Positions 24,890-37,300 of a stretch of 64,000 nucleotides of DNA are shown here, in pieces (positions within the stretch are counted from its first letter, which is position 1; each line of letters opens with the position of its first letter). The notes under the pieces were generated by a model that was given only the letters and a program-made list of their open reading frames with translations, made no database searches and was not told the DNA's origin. Source of the stretch: Macrostomum lignano (Eukaryota); NCBI GenBank assembly GCA_002269645.1, contig NIVC01000330.1, forward strand, positions 248,001-312,000. The letters are read 5' to 3'. Position numbers and translations under genes: made by a program.

Positions 24890-26395
24890 TGATGAACTCA
24901 CTCAGTCACTCAGTCATCAGTTCAGATCAGTTGTGAACTCCTTCATTGTGAATTCACTCACAAATGAACTCAGTCATTAATTCACTCAGTCATGAACTTT
25001 GTCATGAACTCAGTCACGAACTCAGTCGCGAACTCAGTCATGAACTCAGTAATGGACTTAATCGTGAACTCAGTCATGAACTCAGTCACGAACTTAGAAA
25101 GGGACTTACTCGTGAACTCAGTCATGAACTCAGTCATGAACTCAGTCATGAACTCAGTCATGAACTCATTCATGAACTCAGTCATGAACTCAGTCATGAA
25201 CTTAGTCATGAACTCAGTCATGAACTCACGAACGCATGAACTCAGTCATGAACTCAGTCATGAACTCAGTCATGAACTTAGTCATGAATTCAGTCATGAA
25301 CTCAGTCATGAACTCAGTCATGAACTCAGTCATGAACTCATTCATGAACTCAGTCATGAACTCAGTCATGAACTCACGAACGCATGAACTCAGTCATGAA
25401 CTCAGTCATGAACTCAGTCATAAACTCAGTCATGAACTTAGTCATGAATTCAGTCATGAACTCAGTCATGAACTCAGTCATGAACTCAGTCATGAACTCA
25501 GTCATGAACTCAATCATGAACTCAGTCATGAACTCAGTCATGAACTCAGTCATGAACTCAGTCATGAACTCAGTCATGAACTCAGTCATGAACTCAGTCA
25601 TGAACTCATTCATGAACTCAGTCATGAACTCAGTCATGAACTCAGTCATGAACTCAGTCATGAACTCAGTCATGAACTCATTCATGAACTCAGTCATGAA
25701 CTCAGTCATGAACTCAGTCATGAACTCATTCATGAACTCAGTCATGAACTCAGTCATGAACTCAGTCATGAACTCAGTCATGAACTCAGTCATGAACTCA
25801 GTCATGAACTCAGTCATGAACTCAGTCATGAACTCAGTCATGAACTCAGTCATGAACTCAGTCATGAACTCAGTCATGAACTCAGTCATGAACTCAGTCA
25901 TGAACTCAGTCATGAACTCAGTCACGAACTCACAAATGAACTCACTCTAAAATGAACTCAGTCATTAATTCCCTCAGTAATGAAATTTGTCATGAACTCA
26001 GCCATAAACTCAGTCATGAACTCACTCACAAATGAACTCAGTCACGAACCAAGGACGACTAAAGTAACGTATAACTTAAGTAGTCCTTGTCACGAACTCA
26101 GTCATGAACTCAGTCATGAACTCAGTCATGAACTCAGTCCTAAACTCAGTCATGAACTCAGTCATGAACTCAGTCATAAACTCAGTCATGAACTCAGTCA
26201 TGAACTCAGTCATAAACTCAGTCATGAACTCAGTCATGAACTCAGTCATGAACTCAGTCATGAACTCAGTCATGAACTCAGTCATGAACTCAGTCATGAA
26301 TTCAGTCATGAACTCACGAACGCATGAACTCAGTCATGAACTCAGTCATGAACTCAGTCATAAACTCAGTCATGAACTCAGTCATGAATTCAGCC
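24890..26395. repeat. 12-bp satellite (catgaactcagt) with short unique interruptions
   Basis: More than 100 copies; source of the SHEL/SVMN/TEFM ORFs. Confidence 0.95.
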
Positions 26396-27204
26396 ATGCA
26401 ACTACCTAAGATAGAACTGAAAAGTTTAGCTTACAAATACTGCTAGCAAACTAGAAAACTAGCAACTCAAATTGTGTGACGTAACTTCCCTCAAGTCGGG
26501 GCGGAACCTATATTAGAGGCCAAGGAGATTAAGAGGGTAAGCGGTAATATGTTTCTCCCTCAGTTATCACACTCCACGAGTCTCACATATCTGTTTATCT
26601 ATCCTATTTATCCAGTGCTCGCAGTCTCGCAGCCCTCGGGGCAAAAACTGGCTTCCACAGTTTGGTCATCATTTCGGCTGATCTGACCGACCGCAATGTC
26701 CCGGGGCTTCGAGCTCTGTCGCCCCAGGGCATCGAAATTCTACGGGGGGGATCGAGCTCAGAGGCTCAGGATTACCGAGCAGCTTAAATAAGGGATTATC
26801 AGTCTAAGGCATGGATTTATCAATCAATCAATCAATCAGTTCATTATCAAGGCAGATACGAATTTTGGAATTAATTTGTCATCTAGTCTTTGTTCCCCAG
26901 CTGTATCTGCTGGCTGGATACAGTCAGAATACAATTCATATTTATACCAGTGAAATTTTGCAGATAGGAACAAAGACCATATCTGAACTGTATTCTCTAT
27001 CTGGGATATGCTTTTACGCTCGTACTAGCTGATGCAGCAATTCAGCTGAATTTTATTGCCGTTTTAAATGAGTCACTCGAAGACAACTGGTGAAGCCTGT
27101 TAATGGATTATGAATTAATAACTATCGCTGACTCAATTTTAACAATGGCTTTCAAATACTAATACAACCTACTTGACTAATGGCGTTTTTAAATGAGTTG
27201 GTTC

Positions 27205-27705
27205 ATAGTCTAGCTTATCAATACAGGAATAGAATGGATTGCTAGTCTAGCTAGTCTAGCTTATCAATACAGGAATAGAATGGATTGCTAGTCTAGCTAG
27301 TCTAGCTTATCAATACAGGAATAGAATGGATTGCTAGTTTAGCTTATCAATACAGGAATAGAATGGATTGCTAGTCTGGCTTATCAATACAGGAATAGAA
27401 TGGATTGCTAGTCTGGCTTATCAATACAGGAATAGAATGGATTGCTAGTCTGGCTTATCAATACAGGAATAGAATGGATTGCTAGTCTGGCTTATCAATA
27501 CAGGAATAGAATGGATTGCTAGTCTGGCTTATCAATACAGGAATAGAATGGATTGCTAGTCTGGCTTATCAATACAGGAATAGAATGGATTGCTAGTCTA
27601 GCTTATCAATACAGGAATAGAATGGATTGCTAGTCTAGCTTATCAATACAGGAATAGAATGGATTGCTAGTCTAGCTTATCAATACAGGAATAGAATGGA
27701 CTGCT
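27205..27705. repeat. Minisatellite A, 37/46-bp unit (ctagtctagcttatcaatacaggaatagaatggattg), first array
   Basis: Tandem copies; the same family recurs at 29183-30995. Confidence 0.95.
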
Positions 27706-27744
27706 AGCCCAACACCATTCCAACCCCAACTGCTCAATCAACAG

Positions 27745-27881
27745 ACAAGGACCGCAGGCGTTACCAGCAGCAGCTCAGCCTCATCACTGGGAGCTCAGTC
27801 AGCGCAGGCAACTCAGCTTTAATAGTCAGCCTCACTGTGTGCTCAGCCCTGCTCAAAGGCCTGCTTATCGCACTAGCATGA
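27745..27881 (+). CDS. Terminal coding exon of the ephrin-like gene with GPI-anchor-type signal (KDRRRYQQQLSLITGSSVSAGNSALIVSLTVCSALLKGLLIALA*)
   Basis: Acceptor tcaacag in phase 1 matches the preceding donor. Small-residue omega-like region (GSSVSAGNS) is followed by a C-terminal hydrophobic tail and a stop at 27879-27881. Confidence 0.65.
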
Positions 27882-28084
27882 GGCGGCTCTAGCATTATTC
27901 TTCGATGCTGTCAAAAAGTCTTTCCCGCCCGTGTGGTTAACTGATATTTTGTACCTGGAATGTTTTGCCCACTTTGGATTTTTAAAACCATTTTAAAAGT
28001 TTGTTTGTTTTGCTTCTCCTGATGTTTGCCGCCGTTCATTTCCCTCCATCCTGGTTTGACTTCTTGAAGCTTATCCTCCCCTGT

Positions 28085-28755
28085 CTACCACACCTCCCTA
28101 CCACACCTCCCTACCACACCTCCCTACCACACCTCCCTACCACACCTCCCTACCACACCTCCCTACCACACCTCCCTACCACACCTCCCTACCACACCTC
28201 CCTACCACACCTCCCTACCACACCTCCCTACCACACCTCCCTACCACACCTCCCTACCACACCTCCCTACCACACCTCCCTACCACACCTCCCTACCACA
28301 CCTCCCTACCACACCTCCCTACCACACCTCCCTACCACACCTCCCTACCACACCTCCCTACCACACTTCCCTACCACATCTCCCTACCACACTTCCCTAC
28401 CACATCTCCCTACCACATCTCCCTACCACACTTCCCTACCACATCTCCCTACCACACCTCCCTACCACACTTCCCTACCACACCTCCCAACACACCTCCC
28501 TACCACACTTCCCTACCACATCTCCCTACCACACCTCCCTACCACACCTCCCTACCACACTTCCCTACCACACCTCCCTACCACACCTCCCTACCACACC
28601 TCCCTACCACACCTCCCAACACACCTCCCTACCACACCTCCCTACCACACCTCCCTACCACACCTCCCAACACACCTCCCTACCACACCTCCCTACCACA
28701 CCTCCTAACACACCTCCCTACCACACCTCTCCACCACACCTCTACCACACCTCTC
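28085..28755. repeat. Minisatellite B, 13-bp unit (ctaccacacctcc)
   Basis: About 50 copies. Confidence 0.95.
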
Positions 28756-29182
28756 TCTACGCTAGCCCTCCACTCTCTTTTCCGCTCTGCTTCAATATTT
28801 CACTGTAGAACACGCTCGGAAAGCTACGAAATGAATCTGTTTAACACTGAGACGAAACCGAAATTGCCTGTACAGCGAATTGAGCATCTTTTTAGATTTT
28901 GTTTCATTCGTTCTAGAGTAGAATTGTTGGCTCTCTACTTACCAACTATCCCTAAAATTTGTAATGTGCGCTAATTGTTGTAAATATTATTTATACGCAA
29001 AATATAAAAGATTCAAAAAATGAATTTTTTTCATCGATTAAACAAATATACATTGTATGTTTTTATATTGACTGTGCTTTCAAATCTCTTTGACTCAGTG
29101 TTCATCATCCAAAATGTACGCAATGCACACTTGCTCAACCTGGGTACCTTAGCGTTTAGATTTCCAAATTCTCCAATATCAA

Positions 29183-30995
29183 TAGCTTATCAATACAGGA
29201 ATAGAATGGATTGCTAGTCTAGCTAGTCTAGCTTATCAATACAGGAATAGAATGGATTGCTAGTCTAGCTAGTCTAGCTTATCAATACAGGAATAGAATG
29301 GATTGCTAGTCTAGCTAGTCTAGCTTATCAATACAGGAATAGAATGGATTGCTAGTCTAGCTTATCAATACAGGAATAGAATGGATTGCTAGTCTAGCTA
29401 GTCTAGCTTATCAATACAGGAATAGAATGGATTGCTAGTCTAGCTAGTCTAGCTTATCAATACAGGAATAGAATGGATTGCTAGTCTAGCTAGTCTAGCT
29501 TATCAATACAGGAATAGAATGGATTGCTAGTCTAGCTAGTCTAGCTTATCAATACAGGAATAGAATGGATTGCTAGTTTAGCTAGTCTAGCTTATCAATA
29601 CAGGAATAGAATGGATTGCTAGTCTGGCTTATCAATACAGGAATAGAATGGATTGCTAGTCTGGCTTATCAATACAGGAAAAGAATGGATTGCTAGTCTA
29701 GCTTATCAATACAGGAATAGAATGGATTGCTAGTCTGGCTTATCAATACAGGAATAGAATGGATTGCTAGTCTGGCTTATCAATACAGGAATAGAATGGA
29801 TTGCTAGTCTGGCTTATCAATACAGGAATAGAATGGATTGCTAGTCTAGCTAGTCTAGCTTATCAATACAGGAATAGAATGGATTGCTAGTCTAGCTAGT
29901 CTAGCTTATCAATACAGGAATAGAATGGATTGCTAGTCTAGCTAGTCTAGCTTATCAATACAGGAATAGAATGGATTGCTAGTCTAGCTTATCAATACAG
30001 GAATAGAATGGATTGCTAGTCTGGCTTATCAATACAGGAATAGAATGGATTGCTAGTCTGGCTTATCAATACAGGAATAGAATGGATTGCTAGTCTGGCT
30101 TATCAATACAGGAATAGAATGGATTGCTAGTCTAGCTAGTCTAGCTTATCAATACAGGAATAGAATGGATTGCTAGTCTAGCTAGTCTAGCTTATCAATA
30201 CAGGAATAGAATGGATTGCTAGTCTAGCTAGTCTAGCTTATCAATACAGGAATAGAATGGATTGCTAGTCTGGCTTATCAATACAGGAATAGAATGGATT
30301 GCTAGTCTAGCTTATCAATACAGGAATAGAATGGATTGCTAGTCTGGCTTATCAATACAGGAATAGAATGGATTGCTAGTCTAGCTAGTCTAGCTTATCA
30401 ATACAGGAATAGAATGGATTGCTAGTCTAGCTAGTCTAGCTTATCAATACAGGAATAGAATGGATTGCTAGTCTAGCTAGTCTAGCTTATCAATACAGGA
30501 ATAGAATGGATTGCTAGTCTAGCTTATCAATACAGGAATAGAATGGATTGCTAGTCTGGCTTATCAATACAGGAATAGAATGGATTGCTAGTCTGGCTTA
30601 TCAATACAGGAATAGAATGGATTGCTAGTCTGGCTTATCAATACAGGAATAGAATGGATTGCTAGTCTAGCTAGTCTAGCTTATCAATACAGGAATAGAA
30701 TGGATTGCTAGTCTAGCTAGTCTAGCTTATCAATACAGGAATAGAATGGATTGCTAGTCTAGCTAGTCTAGCTTATCAATACAGGAATGGAATGGATTGC
30801 TAGTCTAGCTAGTCTAGCTTATCAATACAGGAATAGAATGGATTGCTAGTCTAGCTTATCAATACAGGAATAGAATGGATTGCTAGTCTAGCTAGTCTAT
30901 CTTATCAATACAGGAATAGAATGGATTGCTAGTCTGGCTTATCAATACAGGAATAGAATGGATTGCTAGTCTATCTTATCAATACAGGAATAGAA
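29183..30995. repeat. Minisatellite A, second array
   Basis: About 43 copies with alternating short and long variants. Confidence 0.95.
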
Positions 30996-31024
30996 CGAAT
31001 GCTCTCTTTTCTCTCTACTCTCCT

Positions 31025-31470
31025 CTTTACCACACCTCTCTACCACACCTCTCTACCACACCTCTCTACCACACCTCTCTGCCACACCTCTCTACCACAC
31101 CTCTCTGCCACACCTCTCTACCACACCTCTCTACCACACCTCTCTACCACACCTCTCTACCACACCTCTCTACCACACCTCTCTACCACACCTCTCTACC
31201 ACACCTCTCTACCACACCTCTCTACCACACCTCTCTACCACACCTCTCTACCACATCTCTCTACCACACCTCTCTACCACACCTCTCTACCACACCTCTC
31301 TACCACACCTCTCTACCACACCTCTCTACCACATCTCTCTACCACACCTCTCTACCACACCTCTCTACCACACCTCTCTACCACACCTCTCTACCACACC
31401 TCTCTACCACACCTCTCTACCACATCTCTCTACCACACCTCTCTACCACACCTCTCTACCACACCTCTCT
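31025..31470. repeat. Minisatellite B variant, 13-bp unit (ctaccacacctct)
   Basis: About 34 copies, one base different from the 28085 array. Confidence 0.95.
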
Positions 31471-31854
31471 ATACAATCGCGCAGCACACACTTGCCGAAC
31501 CAAGTACTTATTACGTTTAAATTTGGACACTAAACCGCTCAGCTGCTCTGGTTATACGTCTAAGGCTTGCTCATAGACAAAAAATGCAAAGATCCGTTTT
31601 TAAGTTATTTCCAATCTTCACAAACTTCCTTGAAGTAAATAGATTTCTTTCTTGATCAAAAAGGCGCAATAGAAAGACGAAGAACATAGCAGCTTAAACA
31701 GTGGGCGTAAGTTCTGACTGGGAAGAGTTAAACAAATTCTGGCTGGAGTTGGAGTTGGATTTGAAATTCCAACGAAAAGCCAAATCGGATGAATTCATGA
31801 GGATCATTGCAATAAGAGCGGAGGTTGTTTCCTCTAGTAGCAGCAGCTGCAGCC

Positions 31855-33318
31855 ATGGACCAGAGCCGCGACGGCTCCAGCGAGTTCGCCTCCGAGCTGC
31901 AGCGCCTCGGCAGCCACCTGGCCGGTCTTCCGCCCGAAGCTGCCGCCGCTTTCCGTGCCGCCATCTGTCGCCTGTCAGCGGCGACCGGCGCCTCCACTGA
32001 GGCGTCCTTGGTGGCTGAACCTCTTCCGCCCGAGCCGTCGGCTCTTCAACTACCACCGCAACAGCCGCTGCCGCCTCAGCCACCAAAGCAGCAGCCGCTA
32101 CCGCCTCAGGCACCAAAGCAGCAGCCGCTATCGCCGCAGCCACCAAAGCAGCAGCCGCTATCGCCTCAGCCACCAAAGCAGCAGCCGCTGTCACCTCAGC
32201 CACCAAAGCAGCAGCCGCTGTCACCTCAGCCACCAAAGCAGCAGCCGCTGTCACCTCAGCCACCAAAGCAGCCGCTGCCACCTCAGCCAACAAAGCAGCA
32301 GCCGCTGCCACCTCAGCCACCAAAGCAGCAGCCGCTGTCACCTCAGCCACCAAAGCAGCAGCCGCTGCCACCTCAGCCACCAAAGCAGCAGCCGCTGTCA
32401 CCTCAGCCACAAAAGCAGCAGCCGCTGCCACCTCAGCCACCAAAGCAGCAGCCGCAGCCGCCGCCATCGCAAGACCAGTGGGTGCCCCTGCTGGTTATAA
32501 CAAACTCAGAGCTGTTTTGCACCGACTGGGAAAGTTCCGAGCTCCCCACCAGCTGCAGCAGCTGCGAGCCGGACCGAAGCCGCCAGCTGATCAGGCCTGT
32601 CGATTCCGCCGTCGGAGAGTCGCCGTCGGGTCAAACGGCGCCAAAGTCAGTGCCCGCCTCGATTCCGCTCGGCCCGTCCGGTCCGATCGTCCTGGCGCCG
32701 CTGAGCGTCTGCACCAGATTCTCCCTGGCCAGTGCCAGCCTGGATGCTGCATCTCCGATCCCCGAGGCATCTCAGAACGATTCGCAAATTCCAACCACGG
32801 CGTTGACTTTGTTGACTCAGTCTTCAAAAACACCGTCAGAGCTGATGCCTGCACCATCACCATCCCAGCAGCCAGCATCCGCTCTGCCTCCACCGCCTCT
32901 TCAGCCGCCCTCTCGTTCGTCCACAATGCCTCCACCGATTTCTGAATCTTTGAATGCCCAACCGCCTCCTCTTCCCCAGCCTCCAGCGCTACCCCATCGG
33001 CAGTCTGCCTCAACGACCGCATCATCCGTTGGGTCGTACAACTTCTTGGCGCTGCTGCTCGACCAGCTGACTCCGCCGATTGGCAGCGAAGAAAGTCGAA
33101 GCATCGGCAGCAGCAAACAGAGCAGAAGCCCAAGCAGCGGCAGCGGCGGCGTCCGGAGAAACCCAGTCAGCAGCGGCGGCAGCAGCGGCGGCAGGGACTC
33201 CTGCGCCGAGATCGATCGCCGATCCGCTTGGACTCTCGGCGGCGACTTGGAGGACGTCCACACCTGCGACCTGGCCGATGAGTACGACGAATTGCGGGCT
33301 GTTGTCAGACATCCCTGA
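31855..33318 (+). CDS. Orphan Pro/Gln/Ser-rich protein (~487 aa if unspliced) with ~13 QQPL(S/P)PQPPK decapeptides
   Basis: ATG in good context (gcagccATGG) and a long GC-rich non-repetitive ORF on both sides of the repeat. Variation between repeat units is largely synonymous in this frame. No family recognised. Confidence 0.6.
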   Translation: MDQSRDGSSEFASELQRLGSHLAGLPPEAAAAFRAAICRLSAATGASTEASLVAEPLPPEPSALQLPPQQPLPPQPPKQQPLPPQAPKQQPLSPQPPKQQPLSPQPPKQQPLSPQPPKQQPLSPQPPKQQPLSPQPPKQPLPPQPTKQQPLPPQPPKQQPLSPQPPKQQPLPPQPPKQQPLSPQPQKQQPLPPQPPKQQPQPPPSQDQWVPLLVITNSELFCTDWESSELPTSCSSCEPDRSRQLIRPVDSAVGESPSGQTAPKSVPASIPLGPSGPIVLAPLSVCTRFSLASASLDAASPIPEASQNDSQIPTTALTLLTQSSKTPSELMPAPSPSQQPASALPPPPLQPPSRSSTMPPPISESLNAQPPPLPQPPALPHRQSASTTASSVGSYNFLALLLDQLTPPIGSEESRSIGSSKQSRSPSSGSGGVRRNPVSSGGSSGGRDSCAEIDRRSAWTLGGDLEDVHTCDLADEYDELRAVVRHP

Positions 33319-33434
33319 CCGGAGCTGGCGAGTTTCTGGACCTCAGTTTAATGACTGACAGGTGACTAGACAGTCAGGGTGTGCTGACACTGGGTTGTTA
33401 TTGGATTGTGACTTCATGCAATTGAGCCCAAAAG

Positions 33435-34345
33435 TAATGGCTGGATGGGTGCCTAGATCATTGCTGCACTTCTCTGATGGGATGATGGCTGGATAGGTGC
33501 CTAGATCATTGCTGCACTTCTCTGATGGGATGATGGCTGGATGGGTGCCTAGATCATTGCTGCACCTCTCTGATGGGATGATGACTGGATGGGTGCCTAG
33601 ATCATTGCTGCACCTCTCTGATGGGATGATGACTGGATAGGTGCCTAGATCATTGCTGCACTTCTCTGATGGGATGATGGCTGGATAGGTGCCTAGATCA
33701 TTGCTGCACTTCTCTGATGGGATGATGGCTGGATGGGTGCCTAGATCATTGCTGCACTTCTCTGATGGGATGATGGCTGGATAGGTGCCTAGATCATTGC
33801 TGCACTTCTCTGATGGGATGATGGCTGGATAGGTGCCTAGATCATTGCTGCACTTCTCTGATGGGATGATGGCTGGATAGGTGCCTAGATCATTGCTGCA
33901 CTTCTCTGATGGGATGATGGCTGGATAGGTGCCTAGATCATTGCTGCACTTCTCTGATGGGATAATGGCTGGATAGGTGCCTAGATCATTGCTGCACTTC
34001 TCTGATGGGATGATGGCTGGATAGGTGCCTAGATCATTGCTGCACTTCTCTGATGGGATAATGGCTGGATAGGTGCCTAGATCATTGCTGCACTTCTCTG
34101 ATGGGATGATGGCTGGATAGGTGCCTGGATCATTGCTGCACTTCTCTGATGGGATGATGGCTGGATAGGTGCCTAGATCATTGCTGAACTTCTCTGATGG
34201 GATGATGGCTGAATGGGTGCCTGGATCATTGCTGCACTTCTCTGATGGAATGATGGCTGGATGGGTGCCTAGATCATTGCTGCACTTCTCTGATGGGATG
34301 ATGGCTGAATGGGTGCCTGGATCATTGCTGCACTTCTCTGATGGA
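33435..34345. repeat. 48-bp minisatellite (gtgcctagatcattgctgcacttctctgatgggatgatggctggatag)
   Basis: About 19 copies. Confidence 0.95.
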
Positions 34346-34691
34346 ATGATGGCTGTGTGGTTTTTTTCTAACACTGTTGAACGGCCAGTTTGTTCATCTT
34401 TCTGCCACTTTTCTCAATTTTCTGTCGAATTAAATTTTTTTCTCAGTCTATCAGACTCCAGTTTACTCGTAGGAGTTTTAGGGCATGTTCAGTTCTGGAC
34501 AGACAAGCATTTATAGTGCATCAGAAGAAGGAATATAAATATAAATTGCTTTTTTGGTCATGTAAATTGTACATACGAAGAAGCATTGCAATGTAGCTTG
34601 GCATGTTTCAGCTCGTAGGATGCGTTTCCTTAAACTTTTTTTTGCCTAGAGTTTAAAAAATAGGTGAAGGATAATAGTAAACATAAAACCC

Positions 34692-35835
34692 TGCATCCAT
34701 CCTTTCATCCATCCCTTCATCCATCCCTTCATCCATCCCTTTATCCATCCCTTATTCCATCCCTGCATCCATCCTTGCATCCATCCCTTCATCTATTGCC
34801 TGCATCCATCCCTTCATCCATCCCTGCATCCATCCCTGCATCCACCCCTTCATCCATCCTTGCATCCATCCTTGCATCCATCCCTTCATCCATCCCTGCA
34901 TTCATCCCTTCATCCATCCCTTCATCCATCCCTACATACATCCCTTCATCCATCCCTTCATCCATCCCTGCATCCATCCTTGCATCCATCCCTTCATCTA
35001 TTGCCTGCATCCATCCCTTCATCCATCCCTGCATCCATCCCTGCATCCATCCCTGCATCCACCCCTTCATCCATCCTTGCATCCATCCCTTCATCCATCC
35101 CTGCATTCATCCCTTCATCCATCCCTTCATCCATCCCTACATACATCCCTTCATCCATCCCTTCATCCATCCCTACATACATCCTTGCATCCACCCCTTC
35201 ATCCATCCTTGCATCCATCCTTGCATCCATCCCTTCATCCATCCCTGCATTCATCCCTTCATCCATCCCTTCATCCATCCCTACATACATCCCTTCATCC
35301 ATCCCTTCCTCCATCCCTTCATCCATCCCTTCATCCATCCCTTCATCCATCCCTTTATCCATCCCTTCATCCATCCCTGCATCCATCCTTGCATCCATCC
35401 CTTCATCTATTGCCTGCATCCATCCCTTCATCCATCCCTGCATCCATCCCTGCATCCATCCCTGCATCCACCCCTTCATCCATCCTTGCATCCATCCCTT
35501 CATCCATCCCTGCATTCATCCCTTCATCCATCCCTTCATCCATCCCTACATACATCCCTTCATCCATCCCTTCATCCATCCCTACATACATCCTTGCATC
35601 CATCCCTTCATCCATCCCTTCATCCATCCCTTCATCCATCCCTTCATCCATCTCTTCATCCATCCCTACATACATCCCTTCATCCATCCCTACATCCATC
35701 CCTACATACATCCTTGCATCCATCCCTTCATCCATCCCTTCATCCATCCCTACATCCATCCCTACATACATCCCTTCATCCATCCCTTCATCCATCCCTA
35801 CATACATCCCTACATACATCCTGCATCCATGCCTG
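34692..35835. repeat. Degenerate (catccatccct)-type low-complexity array
   Basis: Direct reading. Confidence 0.9.
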
Positions 35836-37300
35836 CATCCTAATTTGGCAACTCTAATTAACCAATAAAGCCTTTGCCGCAGAGAAAGACAAGACAGACA
35901 CAATGAACAGAGACACAAGAATACAGACAGACAGAATTTCTAGACAGCAGGCCTTGCAAAACAGCTCTGTCATTTTATCAACAATTCTCTTTGCCCAACG
36001 CGGTTCCCAGGCCTTTAGTGCCCCACTCAATACAACTTGGTTGCCTGCATGGCTTCTGCATTTTCTTTTCAAATATTGTCCCAGCAGAGCTAGTCAGGAA
36101 GAGGGTGGTAGAGGGGAGAGGAGGAACAAGTTAATTTGATCCCTAGAGGATTTCCCGAAATTAGCGGGATCTGTGAGGGGACTGAAGGTTGGAGGAGGTC
36201 GCTGATAAGCATCTTTTGTCCCAGCGGGCCTGGGGTCTCAGCGTTGCGCAACCGCGCCTGAACAGACACCCCACACACTGTGTAGACATCTGGAGCAGAT
36301 GCGGCTGTCTTTTGAGTGACTTGGCTTGGCTGTTTTGCCTCGAGTGTGTATCCGCTGCTACTACTTATAGTAGCTCATGGCAGTCAGGTATGTATACTCA
36401 AGGACCAGCACTGTAGTAATACTCAACTTTCATGGAAAAAATACACAGCGGAGATAGCCATTAAGCCATTCTTGCAGGTACAGTTCCTAGACCTGTCTAA
36501 ATAATTAAGTGCAGACAATGTTTACTAATATCATTTTTCATATTGTTGTTAAGCTAGCCTTTAGAAAGCAATCCATTTATAAGCCAAGGCCTTGCTTAAG
36601 GGTAAGAGTGTCTGCATTGCAACAATTTCATTACAAATATACTTGATTCAAAATGCAAGAAACAAATTTGGCTTCGGCTTATAAAATAAAAAGAAAACAA
36701 TATTAAATTGAAACTTTCTCTGCACAACTTTATAAAAATACAGCAGAGTAACAGATGGAGATGGCGATCTTCACTTCCCCAAATGTAATCATTGATTTGT
36801 GTTGAAAAATGATTTTTTCCTATCTCTGCGGTGTATTTTTTTTCCAGGAAATCGGCCTCCTAAAAAGTTGGACTGGCCCTCATGGGCGTCGTGGCGCGCG
36901 AGAGTCGGACGCGTTCACCGCTGAACTGCTGAAATTAATCACCGACTTCCTCGAGAGGATTCATACCACCGCAATTAAAGAGGCAGTCAGTTTCACAATT
37001 GAATAGTTTAGCAATAAATAAATAATACTATATCTATACTTGAATGCCTACTTGTAATCACAATTAGAGAGCCAATCAACTATCCCCGAACAATGGGCCA
37101 GGACTTCATATAATAAGCATGATTAAGCGGTCTGAGAGATTCATGCAGCCATAGCGACCATCAGGCTCAATTTTGTCTAATCCACAGATACTACTAGCTC
37201 GTATACAATAGCATAATAAAATAGAATAAACAGAAGCATTTTAATGTATTTGTAAAGCCAAGGTTCATTTATTGGCTCTTACTCTACACCAAAGCCCTAC

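Noticed and set aside
24964-26409. SHEL/SVMN/TEFM repeat ORFs
   Set aside because: A 12-bp satellite open in multiple frames on both strands, with no unique coding flanks.
31694-32467. Minus-strand AAAALVAEV repeat ORF
   Set aside because: Antisense shadow of the + strand QQPLSPQPPK repeat, where the unit variation is synonymous.
33343-34374. 343-aa minus-strand ORF of CSNDLGTYPAIIPSEK repeats
   Set aside because: Explained by a 48-bp minisatellite; no signal peptide or unique domain.
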